The notes below the pieces were generated by a model that was not told the origin of the DNA, searched no databases, and saw only the letters and a list, made by a program, of their open reading frames with translations. Position numbers and translations under genes: made by a program. From Puccinia triticina (taxonomy: Eukaryota), in NCBI GenBank assembly GCA_026914245.1, contig CP110439.1:2542001-2606000 (forward strand): 64,000 nucleotides of DNA, read 5' to 3'. Positions 1 to 11,002 of this stretch are shown here, piece by piece. The stretch's first letter is position 1, and each line of letters begins with the position of its first letter.

Positions 1-1215
1 CTGGCTGTATCAAACAATTGGAAAATTAATTCATTTGATATCACGGGCGCTTTTGTACACAGTCCTATCGACGAGACCATTTACGTCGACCCTCCAGTGG
101 AATTGTTTCCCCACTTGGCAGGTAAAGTCTTGAAACTTAAGAAGGCTCTTTATGGTACTAGGCAGGCGAGCAGGTGCTGGTGGAAACACTTTAGGGGTTT
201 ACTACAGGGCTGGGGTTTCAAATGTGATGAAGTGGAGGAATGTTTGTACAGGTACAAAAAGGAAAATTCGATCATCATCATTTGGATCCACGTCAATGAC
301 GGGATTGTCTTCAGCAATGACCATTCGGGCCTTCAACATTTGCGAGAAAATTTGGAAAAGAATTTACGAGTTAAGTGGGATGAACAACCGGATAAGTTGG
401 TGGGAATTTGGATGGATTACGAGGACGATGCAATTTTTCTCAGCCAGCCACTTCTGATCGATCAAACCATCCAGAAATTTCAAGAAAACGTACAATCAAC
501 AATCATTCCAACATATACACCGTTACTCGGAGACACGCTAGTGACATCGAATGGGGAACCGGTAAATACAACTCTGTATCAATCGCTCATTGGGTCGCTG
601 AACTACATTGCCCTTGGTTCAAGACCGGACCTCAGCTTTGCTGTAAACTATCTTGCTTGATTCAGTGCTAACCCGGACAATTCACATTGGGGGGGACTCA
701 AGCACTTGGTACAATATCTAGCAACAACAAAGGATAAGCGGCTTTGATTGAAACACACAAACAACCAATTGATAACTTGGTCTGACGCGAATTGGGGCGG
801 GGAATTTCAAAGATCAACGTCTGGTTTCATCATCACGTTTCTCGGGAGCCCGATTGCGTGGGGTTCACGGCGGCAGAAATTTGTGGCGACATCGACATGC
901 GCAGCGGAATTCATCTCAATTGGATCATCCATCGACTTCTTATTATTTCTAATTCCCATCATCAAATCTCTCGACATCAATCTTGATCTCATCCTCAAAT
1001 GTGACAACCGGGCCGCAGTACTTGTATCCGACGATAACGCATCAAAAGGTCGGATGAAGAGTCTGGAGCGCAACTTCTTCTTTGTCAATGACGCGGTGCG
1101 GGAACATAACATCAAACTCGACTGGGTATCAACATCCGACAACATTGCCGATTTTTTCACCAAACCTCTTCGGGCCAATCTTCACAACACATCTATGGCT
1201 AAGATATTTCAATAA
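1..1215 (+). pseudogene. Ty1/copia pol 3' part (RT-RNase H), disrupted, truncated by window start
   Basis: Copia RT motifs LKKALYGTRQA, WIHVNDG (degenerate YVDD), YQSLIGSLNY, RPDLSFAV; RNase H SDANW..RSTSG, CDNRAA, NIADFFTKPL; in-frame TGA at 658-660. Confidence 0.93.
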
Positions 1216-1363
1216 ATCAATCCTTTTTATATTGTTTGTTATATTTCTTTTCTAATTATGTCATATTTATCCCCCTCTCTGTTTGTCCATGGTTTTCTAG
1301 TTTTTTTCCATTTCTTTTTCTTTTTCTCCTATTGTATTTAGTGGTGTGGAGTTTGAGGGGGGG

Positions 1364-1464
1364 TGTTGAGAGGTGCGGTGGGCAAACTCCACATTTGGAG
1401 TGCGCGGGGTTCAAGAGGCGGTGGAGGAGGAGCAATGGACAGCAAGGTTTTCAGAGTCACAACA
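1364..1464 (+). mobile_element. Short (101 bp) 3' LTR of the copia element
   Basis: Follows purine tract GAGGGGGGG (1355-1363); bounded by TGTTG...CAACA; hAT coding sequence starts immediately after. Confidence 0.75.
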
Positions 1465-2329
1465 ATTCTTTGTGTGGCATTTTCATATGCAAACCCAAAG
1501 GCATTACTCTATGGCCGACGATGGTCGGCAGACGAGTTGAAGAGGCTTTATTCAATCCTGAAGACTACAGTTTTTGAAGATCTAAAGGTCGGATGAATTC
1601 CTTTAAGTGTGTATGATGTAAAAATGTGCTTATTCTTGATTATCCCTTGTCTCCAGAATCTTGACACTAAATTTACACTGATCCATGATGTCTGGACAAC
1701 AAAGGGAAATAGATTTGCCTTCATTGGCGCGGCGGTTGCTTACATTGACTCAAACTGGAATTATACTGTTCGTCATCTGGCCCTAAAAATGATCCCTTGG
1801 AAGCACTACGGACATCTACTAGCTCAACCAATTGCTGCGGTCCTTAAGAAAAGTGATCTGTACAAAAAGATGGTGGATCAGACAATCGACTCTGGCGCAA
1901 ACAACAATACAATGGCTAGTGCCATGTATCAACTGCTTAAAAACGACAATGTTGTGGTGGACGGACTGGTACACACGTAGGATCAAGAATTTATTGCGCA
2001 GGGCGCGCGCCGGAGGACGTCAAGACTCAAGACATCAAGATTCAAGCTTTCAGCCTTCAAGGCCTCCTCAAGCTCAACGGCGCAGCGTGGCGCGCATCCT
2101 CAAGACGTTTCAGGCCTTCTTCCCTCTCACCTTTTTCCCTTCTTTCCTCTTGTTTCTTTGTTGATGGTTTTGTTTTCCTGTTAATTTTCTTTTCATCAAG
2201 TTTTGTTATTTTTCTCTTTCATTTTGCGCGCGTTGGTTAGGTTTTGGATGAGGAGGGTTGGTTTATTTTGTTTCTGTTTCATTTTGTTTTGTTTTGTTCC
2301 TGTTGTTTTGTTTGTTGTAGCGCGCGCGT

Positions 2330-3226
2330 TGTGGTGGCCCCTCTCGTGGCCAGCCAGTCAGGAACAACATCACCGCCGCCATCAGCATCAAGATCAAGAC
2401 CCCATTCTTTTCTCACTCCCCAAGACTCAAGAACCCCCCCACCCTTCAAGATCCTCAAGACATCAAGAAGTAATCTTTCCCCATCGCTCCTCACCTCCCA
2501 CCTCACTCTTCCATAATTCTTCCCCCCTTTCCATATCCCTTCTTTCTCAGTCTCTATCCCTGTCTCATCTTTCTTGGTCCTAACACAGCATCTGCTGTGG
2601 GTTTATTCCCTGTTTTTGTTTTCTGGCTCCTTCTCTTCTGTTTGAATTTTTTCTGTCTTGAGTGTTTCTTTCTCCTCTGTTCTCTTTCCCTTTCTTTTCT
2701 CTGTTTCTTCTCCTTCTGTCTCATCTCATTGTGATTTCCTCATTTCTTTGTGTTGTGTTTTCTTTTCTCCTTCTTCTGTTGTCTGTTGTGTGTGAGCGCG
2801 CGTAGCGCGCGGAGGATATGATGAAATCTATGTGACATGTGGCTCTCCCGGAGTCCAAGTTTGCCGAACTTGGATGATGGGGGAGGCATGGCATTCTGAT
2901 CCCCAGAATACGGACCATCAAGATTCAGAGATCCTATCTTCAGAGTTCAAAACCTTCGAGCGCAGCTCGCCGATCATCTTTTCATCAGAGTTTCTGAGAT
3001 CCCTTCCTTCCCTCTCTTTAAGATCACACCTCTCATCCCCTCAAAACAAAACAACCGCCGCCGAGGATCCAAACCCCCAGAGAACGTCTCAAAACCACCC
3101 CCAACACCACAGCTATCCCAATTCCTTTCAGCGCTCATCTCTACGGACCACCGCCACAAGGGCAGCCTAAACAGCACTTCTCCCCTCACACGACTGCCGC
3201 CGCTTAGCACGGACAGGAGTCCCTCA
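2330..3226 (+). repeat. 5' LTR
   Basis: Near-identical to 10106-11002 (3 differences seen by eye). Confidence 0.96.
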
Positions 3227-3228
3227 TT

Positions 3229-3278
3229 TGGTCCCCTGAGCCGGGATCAAACCAGCGACCTCAAGATTTACAGTCTCG
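3229..3278 (+). promoter_or_regulatory. Primer-binding site, complement of the 3' 50 nt of tRNA-Tyr(GUA)
   Basis: Reverse complement CGAGA-CTGTAAA-TCTTG-AGGTC-GCTGG-TTTGATC-CCGGC-TCAGGGG-A-CCA: anticodon arm (GTA), T arm, acceptor strand, CCA. Confidence 0.88.
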
Positions 3279-3701
3279 ACTGTGGTTTTGAGGCGCTCTG
3301 AGCGGTTTCCAATTTTTCTTTCTTTTTGCTTCTCTACCGGACTCTCATCAAAACATCTGCGCATAAAACAATTACTGGAATCCTTTGATCTTATTTTCTT
3401 CAACGAGGACAACTGGTCATTGCGTTTCGGCATCATCGTCATTCGGACGATTGCACTAGTCGTCGTTTTGATCGGAGCAAGACGTTTCAAGAGTCATTCA
3501 TCCTCGGAGTTTTCCTCCCGTCCTTTTGTTTCCTTCTTCTTTTTTTTAGGGTTCAGCGGCGGGGCACTTAGGTTGTAGAAGTAAGTCCTCACCACATTAG
3601 TTGCACCTCCAAAGTCTACCTGTCTTTTGTCAAAACATCATCGCCACTCTGTGAGCCGCCCCTGCATCGCTTGCCGCTCTTTCCTCTAGTTTCGATTTGA
3701 A

Positions 3702-5867
3702 ATGGCCGACGTGGTAGGAGACCCGCGACCTGCCAAGATGAAGAAAATCAAGCCGCAAGAGGGCTTGAAATTCGACGGTTCAAACATCGAACGTTTCCTG
3801 GCAGATTACGAGCTAGCGGCCGAGCTAGATGATGCTACGGACTATGATAAGGCTCGGCAGGTTGTGCGCTTCGTTGAAAACGGCGAGACGCGCGCCATTT
3901 TGGAGATGCTCAAAGGGAACAGTCCACCGAAGTGGGCTAAGCTGAAAGCTGCGATGCTCAGCTACTGGGCGGATGTTGACACGGCCCTGTTCACCGAGCG
4001 GGACATTGCAAGTTTGGTGGCCAAGTGGGTGGTAAAGGGCGGGGTCTCGTCAGTCGCCAATTACCAGGAGTTCCGTAAGGCGTGGGAACCGATTCAATCT
4101 TACTTGGTATCCAAGAACCACATTGAGTCGGAGGAGGAGCTGAAAAAACAGTTCTATCAGGCTTTCTCAGTGGGTTTTCAAGGTCGAATTCGAGAGCAGA
4201 TGATTAAGGACAGCACTTTGGTGGTCACGGCCGATAATCGGGGTCGTCTCCCCTCTTTCAGGGTACTACGGGTCGCGATCGACACGGTAATGAAGGGTCA
4301 AGTCTCTCTCACGTTCGAGGATACTCGGTCGACTGCGCCGGTTGCCTCGCCGTTTGCCGAGGCAAACAAAACCATGAAGAAGATGTTGACCGATCAGAGG
4401 CCCTCAACTACGGCTTTGGCTCCCAAACCCAAAACATCGATGGAGGACCTCACCAAAATGTTCAAGGCTTTCGAGCAGTTTATGAAGCAAGGTGGAGGGA
4501 AGCCGGGACCATCATCCAAGAGAGGACCTATGATTTGTTACTACTGTCATAGGGAAAATCACGGGACTCTCCGCTGCGCTGAGCTCCAAAAAGATAAGGA
4601 AGCCGGCCTGGTCAAACAACGCGGCAACAATTTCTTCCTGCCCAACGGGGCGCTCATCCCTTTCGATCGGAGCCGCCCAATCCGCCATGTGGTGGCTTCG
4701 TACCAGCCGAATCAGCCGTCTAGCTCGCGACCTCAGTCCCCGGGGCCTCGTCAATCAGCCCACTCTATCTCAGCGGAGTTCAAGGCAAGTTGTAGGTCCC
4801 TGGAACAGTGGTATCCGCCGGCAATTTCTTCTCAGACTTTTGCGGGCGGGTACGAGTCGGAAGCGGCAGGCAGGAAACGTCACGAGGAGGCTAAGCCTTA
4901 TAAGGCCCCTTTGGCGCCCTCCCCTGCGAAGCGCCCACTTCGCAAGGCAACGGTCACTCCCAGTGGATCCTCCAAGCCCAAAGCAGTCGACGAACAGGAC
5001 CTTTTTGATCGAATCATGAACAACCCTGAACCCCAGCAGCCCTTGGCGAAGGACACTCCGGTTAGGTCGGCGACACCCCCAAAACCCTCGGGTTCCCAGC
5101 CTAAGGTGCGATTCGAACGAGACGTCTCTCGAGACCATCCTGATGCGGTGGAGGGTTTGGTTAGAAAGATTTTTGATCTCCCGGTGTCGACAACGGTGGC
5201 GGAGATATGTTCAGTTTCCCCGGCAGTCTCGGACGGCGTAAAGAGATGGGTCTCACGCCGCCGCGTGGAGATAGGACCAGAGGAACTGAAGGTGCATTCG
5301 GGAACTTTGGCCGAGGGGAGGGAGTTCAGGGAGAACGAGCCCAATCCCTGCTTGTATTCCTGTCCTTTGGGTTACCTGGCATGCCTAGTTGGCGTGAGCG
5401 AGAGCGCCGCGTCGCCGCTGATTGATTCGGGATCTCAGCTCAACATCATATCCGACGCGATGGCGAACCGATTCAATTTGACTCCTCGAGTCAACTTCAG
5501 CTCCGCGGTCTATGGGATCAATAACCAGGCTTGCGAACTGATTGGGGTGGCCAAGGATGTACCTATCAGGGTGGGCAAGAGCATCGTAGGCTCCTGTCAC
5601 TTCTGGATTACGCGACAGGACAGCCCTTTCATTCTGGGTCGGCCTTTCTTGATTGATTTCGAAGCAACTTTGCTGTTCTTGCCGACGGCAGGCAAGCAGA
5701 TCATTTTACCCGACGCCGAGGGGCGGAACATCGAGGTCTCCCTCTGCCCGGTGGAAAAAGGGAGGTGGGAGCGGGAATTTCCGGCACACGGCCGGAAAGC
5801 AGTCTTGACTCACTGCGGGCGAATCTTGGAATTGCCTGAGGGAGCAGAAGACCCGTCTTTTTTATGA
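3702..5867 (+). CDS. Gypsy ORF1: Gag + aspartic protease (721 aa)
   Basis: FDGSNIERFL gag start, zinc knuckle CYYCHRENHGTLRC, protease LIDSGSQLN and FILGRPFL. Confidence 0.93.
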   Translation: MADVVGDPRPAKMKKIKPQEGLKFDGSNIERFLADYELAAELDDATDYDKARQVVRFVENGETRAILEMLKGNSPPKWAKLKAAMLSYWADVDTALFTERDIASLVAKWVVKGGVSSVANYQEFRKAWEPIQSYLVSKNHIESEEELKKQFYQAFSVGFQGRIREQMIKDSTLVVTADNRGRLPSFRVLRVAIDTVMKGQVSLTFEDTRSTAPVASPFAEANKTMKKMLTDQRPSTTALAPKPKTSMEDLTKMFKAFEQFMKQGGGKPGPSSKRGPMICYYCHRENHGTLRCAELQKDKEAGLVKQRGNNFFLPNGALIPFDRSRPIRHVVASYQPNQPSSSRPQSPGPRQSAHSISAEFKASCRSLEQWYPPAISSQTFAGGYESEAAGRKRHEEAKPYKAPLAPSPAKRPLRKATVTPSGSSKPKAVDEQDLFDRIMNNPEPQQPLAKDTPVRSATPPKPSGSQPKVRFERDVSRDHPDAVEGLVRKIFDLPVSTTVAEICSVSPAVSDGVKRWVSRRRVEIGPEELKVHSGTLAEGREFRENEPNPCLYSCPLGYLACLVGVSESAASPLIDSGSQLNIISDAMANRFNLTPRVNFSSAVYGINNQACELIGVAKDVPIRVGKSIVGSCHFWITRQDSPFILGRPFLIDFEATLLFLPTAGKQIILPDAEGRNIEVSLCPVEKGRWEREFPAHGRKAVLTHCGRILELPEGAEDPSFL

Positions 5868-8800
5868 GAAGGGTTGGTTCTACATCCGGCAGTTTTAATT
5901 TAGGGCCTCAAACTCTGTCCCGCGGATCAACTCAGTCACCAGAGGTCCACAATAGCGGTTTCCCTTCATCTTTTCCCCGACCTCTATCTTCATGCTCATC
6001 TCCCGAAAACATCAAAAACCAAAAACATCGACAAAATCATAAAGCGTCAAAAAATATCGGTTTCCCAATTTTCCATTCGCCGTTTCCTTTCCTTTCCAAA
6101 TCATTTTCCCTTGAACCATCAAAGAGGGTGCGACTTCCGTGCGGGAAGTTTGGCACAGCGGAAGGCTTACAGCAGGGAAACGCTGCAGGGGCACTAAGCC
6201 CAAAAGTAAGTCCCTTCCTTGGTATGCATCTCCGGGTAGCTCCTACCTCCATTTCGAAAACATCACCTTGTGCCACACTCGTGAGCGACTTGTCGGAATC
6301 CGTTTCTTCTCCCACTCTAGGCAGTCGGCCCACACACTATCCTCGTCTCCGAGACAAGACTAAACTATCGACCGAATTCCGTCTCTGCGATGAGAATAAA
6401 CTAGTTTCATCTTGTTTTAAGACACTCCGCGATGAGAATAAACTAGGCGTGTCCGCAAGGGCCCTCCGCAACAAGGCTAAACTTCCGAGCCTCTGCGACG
6501 AGGAAAAACTAATGATCCTCCGAGATGAGGTGAAACTACCAACATCAGATCTGACCCAAATCCGCGACAAGCATAAGCTATGCTCCTGGAAATTGGTATG
6601 CGAAGAGGTAGAAGTGGAGTACTGTCTGCCATGGAGGCAACTTGGGGTAGAAGTAAGTTCCTCCCAATGTGCACCTCCGAGGCGTGATGCTCCGCAACTT
6701 TTGAAAACTCTACCACGCGCCACACACGTGAGCCCCAAATGTACCTTTTGCTTTTCATTCGCAGAAAAGGCGGCGTTCGAGGACGGCGTGGAGCATCGGA
6801 CCTTTCGACTTCTGGATTGCGGCCTCAGTAACACGGCTCAGCTCGCCCTTGTGGACGCTTGGCGGGAGGGCGGAGCGCTTTCTTTCGCGGCAAAATACAA
6901 GCCGGTGGCCCGCAAGATCAAGCCGGTCAACCAGCCAATGCCGCAGGATATCAATTCCCCACTCCAACGGCCGCCATTGTCACGGGACCCTTACTGTGGT
7001 TTACCAAGATCTCTCGCTGGTCCTTTCGTTCCCCAAGGGCGGGTCACTGAAGAGAGGCTAGCTGTGGTTAATTTCGGGCCGGCGGGCTGGTTGTACCCTA
7101 GCGAGCTCCACCTCATCAAAAATGTTCTTTCCTTCCGTAATCGGTCGATTGCGTTCCAGGAGTCAGAGCGTGGACTACTTAAGGAATCTTACGGGATGCC
7201 TTACATCATCCCGGTCGTGGAGCACGAGCCTTGGCACAAGCGGAAGATCCCGGTACCGGCAGCTAAGATGGACGAGTATATTCGACTCATCAGGGAACGC
7301 ATCAGCACTGGGCTGTACAAGCAATCTACGTCGAGCTAAAGTAGCCCAGTCTTCTGTGTAGTCAAGAGTAATGGGAAGTTGCGTATTGTGCACAACCTCC
7401 AGCCGCTCAATAAGGTCACGGTTAGGGATGCCGGCGTCCCGCCGGCTACGGAAGAGTTTGTGGAGTCGTTTTCTGGACGGGCCTGCTACGGCCTCGGAGA
7501 TATCATGGGTGGCTACGACGAGCGTGCGCTGCATCCAATCTTGCGGCCTCTGACAACTTTCAATACTCCTCTTGGGAGGTTTCAGCTGACACGTCTCCCC
7601 CAGGGAGCCACCAACTCGGTTGCTGTGTACCAAGCTCAAATGGTCTGGATCCTCCAGGATGAGATTCCGGACCACGCGGGCATCTTCATCGATGACGGGG
7701 GTATAAAAGGGCCCACTTCCAATTACAACAACGAGCTTCTTTTGTGGCATCCCAGCATCCGGCGATTCATTTGGGAATACGCCGAGACACTGGAGCGGAT
7801 TCTTTTTCGAATCGAGGAGTCCGGCTTGACGGTGTCCGCGTCAAAGCTAGCTGCCTGCGTCCCGGCGCTTGAGATAGTGGGACACGTGGTTTGTAAGGAG
7901 GGTCGGAAAATGGTGCGGAGCAAGGTGAACAAGATACTCTTGTGGCCGCAACCGAAAGATGCGACGGAGGTGCAAGGGTTCTTGGGGGTGGTAGTGTATG
8001 TCCGAATCTTTATCCCCTCCTTGTCCCAAATTTGTGTACTCTTGTGACGTCTGACGAGGAAGGACGCGGAATTTGTTTGGACGACGGAGTGCGAGGAGGC
8101 TTTCGCGGCTTTGAAAACAATCGTGGGCGAGGACATTGTGCTGGCAAAAATCAACTACGGGCCTGAAGGAGGACTAATTAAGCTCGCCGTAGACTCTAGT
8201 TTCCACGCGGCGGGAGCGGTGCTCACTCAGGCAGATTCGGAGGGTCAGGACCGACCGGCGTTGTACGAGTCCCTTTTGTTCACGGACGTAGAATCTCGCT
8301 ATTCTCAGGCTAAGCTCGAGCTCTGCGGGGTGGCGAGGATACTGAAGAAGCTCCAGAAGGTGTTGTGGGGCCAGTATTTCGAGCTCCAAGTCGACGCGCA
8401 ATCCCTCATTCAAATGATTAACGCACCCAGCTTACCAAACGCTCCAATGACCCGTTGGGTCGCCTTTATTCAACTCTTCTATTTTTACATCGTCCATAGG
8501 CCAGGCAAAGCATTCACGTTGCCCAACAGTCTCTCCAGGCGCCCTCAAGGGGACGACGACTCAGATCCACCGGCTTCTGACTTCGATGAAGACGCGCCTC
8601 ACGTTAAACCTTTGCAGGCGTATTCAGCGAGCTCCGGTCACTCTTACAGTGGGTATCAAGAAGGTTTTTGGCAGAAGTTAGAGCAGTACCTCACGACTCT
8701 GGTTCGCCCACCCGGGTTGAGCACTAAGGAATTTCAGGCCCTTAAGCGCAAGTCACCCAAATTTTTTGTTCAGGCCAATCGGCTTATGAAGTGCGGCAGC

Positions 8801-9922
8801 CCGCTACCTCGAATTGTCGTCACGATACCCAGCAAGCAAGAAGAAATCCTAGGAAATCTCCACGAAGGCTTGGGGCACCGCGGAGTCGCGGAAACTTATC
8901 GCCGGATTGCGGACTGATTCTGGTGGCCCTCTTTGAAGCAGGCCGTCGCGCGCTGGTGTCAGAGCTGTGAGCCCTGCCAGAAGAGGGACCTTCGCCGGCC
9001 TATAGAGATGTGGTACCCGACCGGGGAGGCGACTGTTTTTGGGCGGGTATCAATGGACGTGGTCCACATAAAGGCGGGCGGCGCCAAATATCTTATAGTC
9101 GCGCGCGATGATTTTTTTGGGTGGGTGGAGGCAAAGTTTCTCAATAACATCACCTCGGAGGCGGTGGCCGCCTTCCTCCGGGAACATTGGACCATGATGT
9201 ATGGCTTGGCTAGGTCCTATTCCACCGACGGCGGATCGGAGTTCGGGGGCGCTCTTGCGGAGATGCTGAGAGCCCTTCCAGGTCAGCACAGGGTCTTGAC
9301 GCCTTACTACCCCGAAGCTCAAGGCATGGTCGAGCGTGGGCACGGGCCTTTGAAAGCGGCGCTAGTCAAGTTAGCAGGCGAATTGGGCAAGAACTGTCGC
9401 AAATTCTTGCCCCTGGTGCTGTTCGCCGATTGAATCTCGACGAAGCGAACTACGGGATACTCGCCTTACGAGTTGGTCTTCGGGAAGAGGGCAGCGCTCC
9501 CAATTGACCTAGACATCAAATCCTTTCTGGGCGTCGACTGGGAAGACGTGCGTGACACTTCGGATCTGTTGGTGGCTCGATCTCGACAGCTTGAGAGGAG
9601 CGAAGATTCTCGGCGTCTTGCGTATGATCGGATGATGAACTCGCGGCAGGAGTCTATCCGCTACTGGCAAGAAAAGAACCTTGGAAAATTTCGGGGTCCA
9701 CTCAAGCCTGGCAACCTCGTCCTCGCCTACAACCGATCGCTAGAAGTGCAGTGGGGGCAGCTTTTCGCCCACAAATGGAACGGGCCCTACCGGATCGTCC
9801 AGCAGGTTCAAGGGGGCTCTTACGTCCTCGCCGAGCTTGATGGGACGGAGCTCAAACGCCGTTTCGCGGCGGATCAGGTCAAGCGGTACTTTCCGCGCGG
9901 GGGCATTACGGACCAAAAGTAA
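5858..9922 (+). pseudogene. Gypsy pol (spacer-RT-RNase H-integrase), -1 frame, 4 premature stops
   Basis: RT LPQGATNS, FIDD; RNase H LAVDSS, YSQAKLEL; IN HEGLGH..CEPC, SMD, TDGGSEF, GMVER; KWNGPY; stops ending 7339, 8047, 8917, 9433. Confidence 0.95.
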
Positions 9923-10071
9923 GTCCCCCTCCTTAGTATGCACCTCGGGCTCTACTGCCATCATAGTCGTAAGCTCTACTCCAGCCACTGTCGTGAGCCG
10001 CCCGCGGGAACCCCTCCTCTTTCCGTTTGCTTGAGGTTTTCCCTTTCTCTCTTGGCCGCGCATCCGTCGAA

Positions 10072-10105
10072 GGAGTCTGGGGACAGACTCCAAGTGGTGG
10101 GTGGA
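10072..10105 (+). promoter_or_regulatory. Hairpin plus polypurine tract before the 3' LTR
   Basis: GGAGTCTG-GGGA-CAGACTCC (8-bp stem), then AAGTGGTGGGTGGA. Confidence 0.75.
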
Positions 10106-11002
10106 TGTGGTGGCCCCTCTCGTGGCCAGCCAGTCAGGAACAACATCACCGCCGCCATCAGCATCAAGATCAAGACCCCATTCTTTTCTCACTCCCCAAG
10201 ACTCAAGAACCCCCCCACCCTTCAAGATCCTCAAGACATCAAGAAGTAATCTTTCCCCATCGCTCCTCACCTCCCACCTCACTCTTCCATAATTCTTCCC
10301 CCCTTTCCATATCCCTTCTTTCTCAGTCTCTATCCCTGTCTCATCTTTCTTGGTCCTAACACAGCATCTGCTGTGGGTTTATTCCCTGTTTTTGTTTTCT
10401 GGCTCCTTCTCTTCTGTTTGAATTTTGTCTGTCTTGAGTGTTTCTTTCTCCTCTGTTCTCTTTCCCTTTCTTTTCTCTGTTTCTTCTCCTTCTGTCTCAT
10501 CTCATTGTGATTTCCTCATTTCTTTGTGTTGTGTTTTCTTTTCTCCTTCTTCTGTTGTCTGTTGTGTGTGAGCGCGCGTAGCGCGCGGAGGATATGATGA
10601 AATCTATGTGACATGTGGCTCTCCCGGAGTCCAAGTTTGCCGAACTTGGATGATGGGGGAGGCATGGCATTCTGATCCCCAGAATACGGACCATCAAGAT
10701 TCAGAGATCCTATCTTCAGAGTTCAAAACCTTCGAGCGCAGCTCGCCGATCATCTTTTCATCAGAGTTTCTGAGATCCCTTCCTTCCCTCTCTTTAAGAT
10801 CACACCTCTCATCCCCTCAAAACAAAACAACCGCCGCCGAGGATCCAAACCCCCAGAGAACATCTCAAAACCACCCCCAACACCACAGCTATCCCAATTC
10901 CTTTCAGCGCTCATCTCTACGGACCACCGCCACAAGGGCAGCCTAAACAGCACTTCTCCCCTCACACAACTGCCGCCGCTTAGCACGGACAGGAGTCCCT
11001 CA
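10106..11002 (+). repeat. 3' LTR
   Basis: Direct repeat of 2330-3226. Confidence 0.96.

Larger units (their letters stand above)
2330..11002 (+). mobile_element. Full-length Ty3/Gypsy LTR retrotransposon (8673 bp)
   Basis: Two 897-bp TG...CA LTRs, GCGT TSD (2326-2329, 11003-11006), PBS, PPT, gag-PR-RT-RH-IN order. Confidence 0.97.

Noticed and set aside
2203..3210. Small ORFs duplicated at ~10.0-11.0 kb
   Set aside because: Identical only because they lie in the LTRs
3229..3278. Functional tRNA-Tyr gene
   Set aside because: Lacks the 5' acceptor strand and D arm, has encoded CCA, sits at the PBS position
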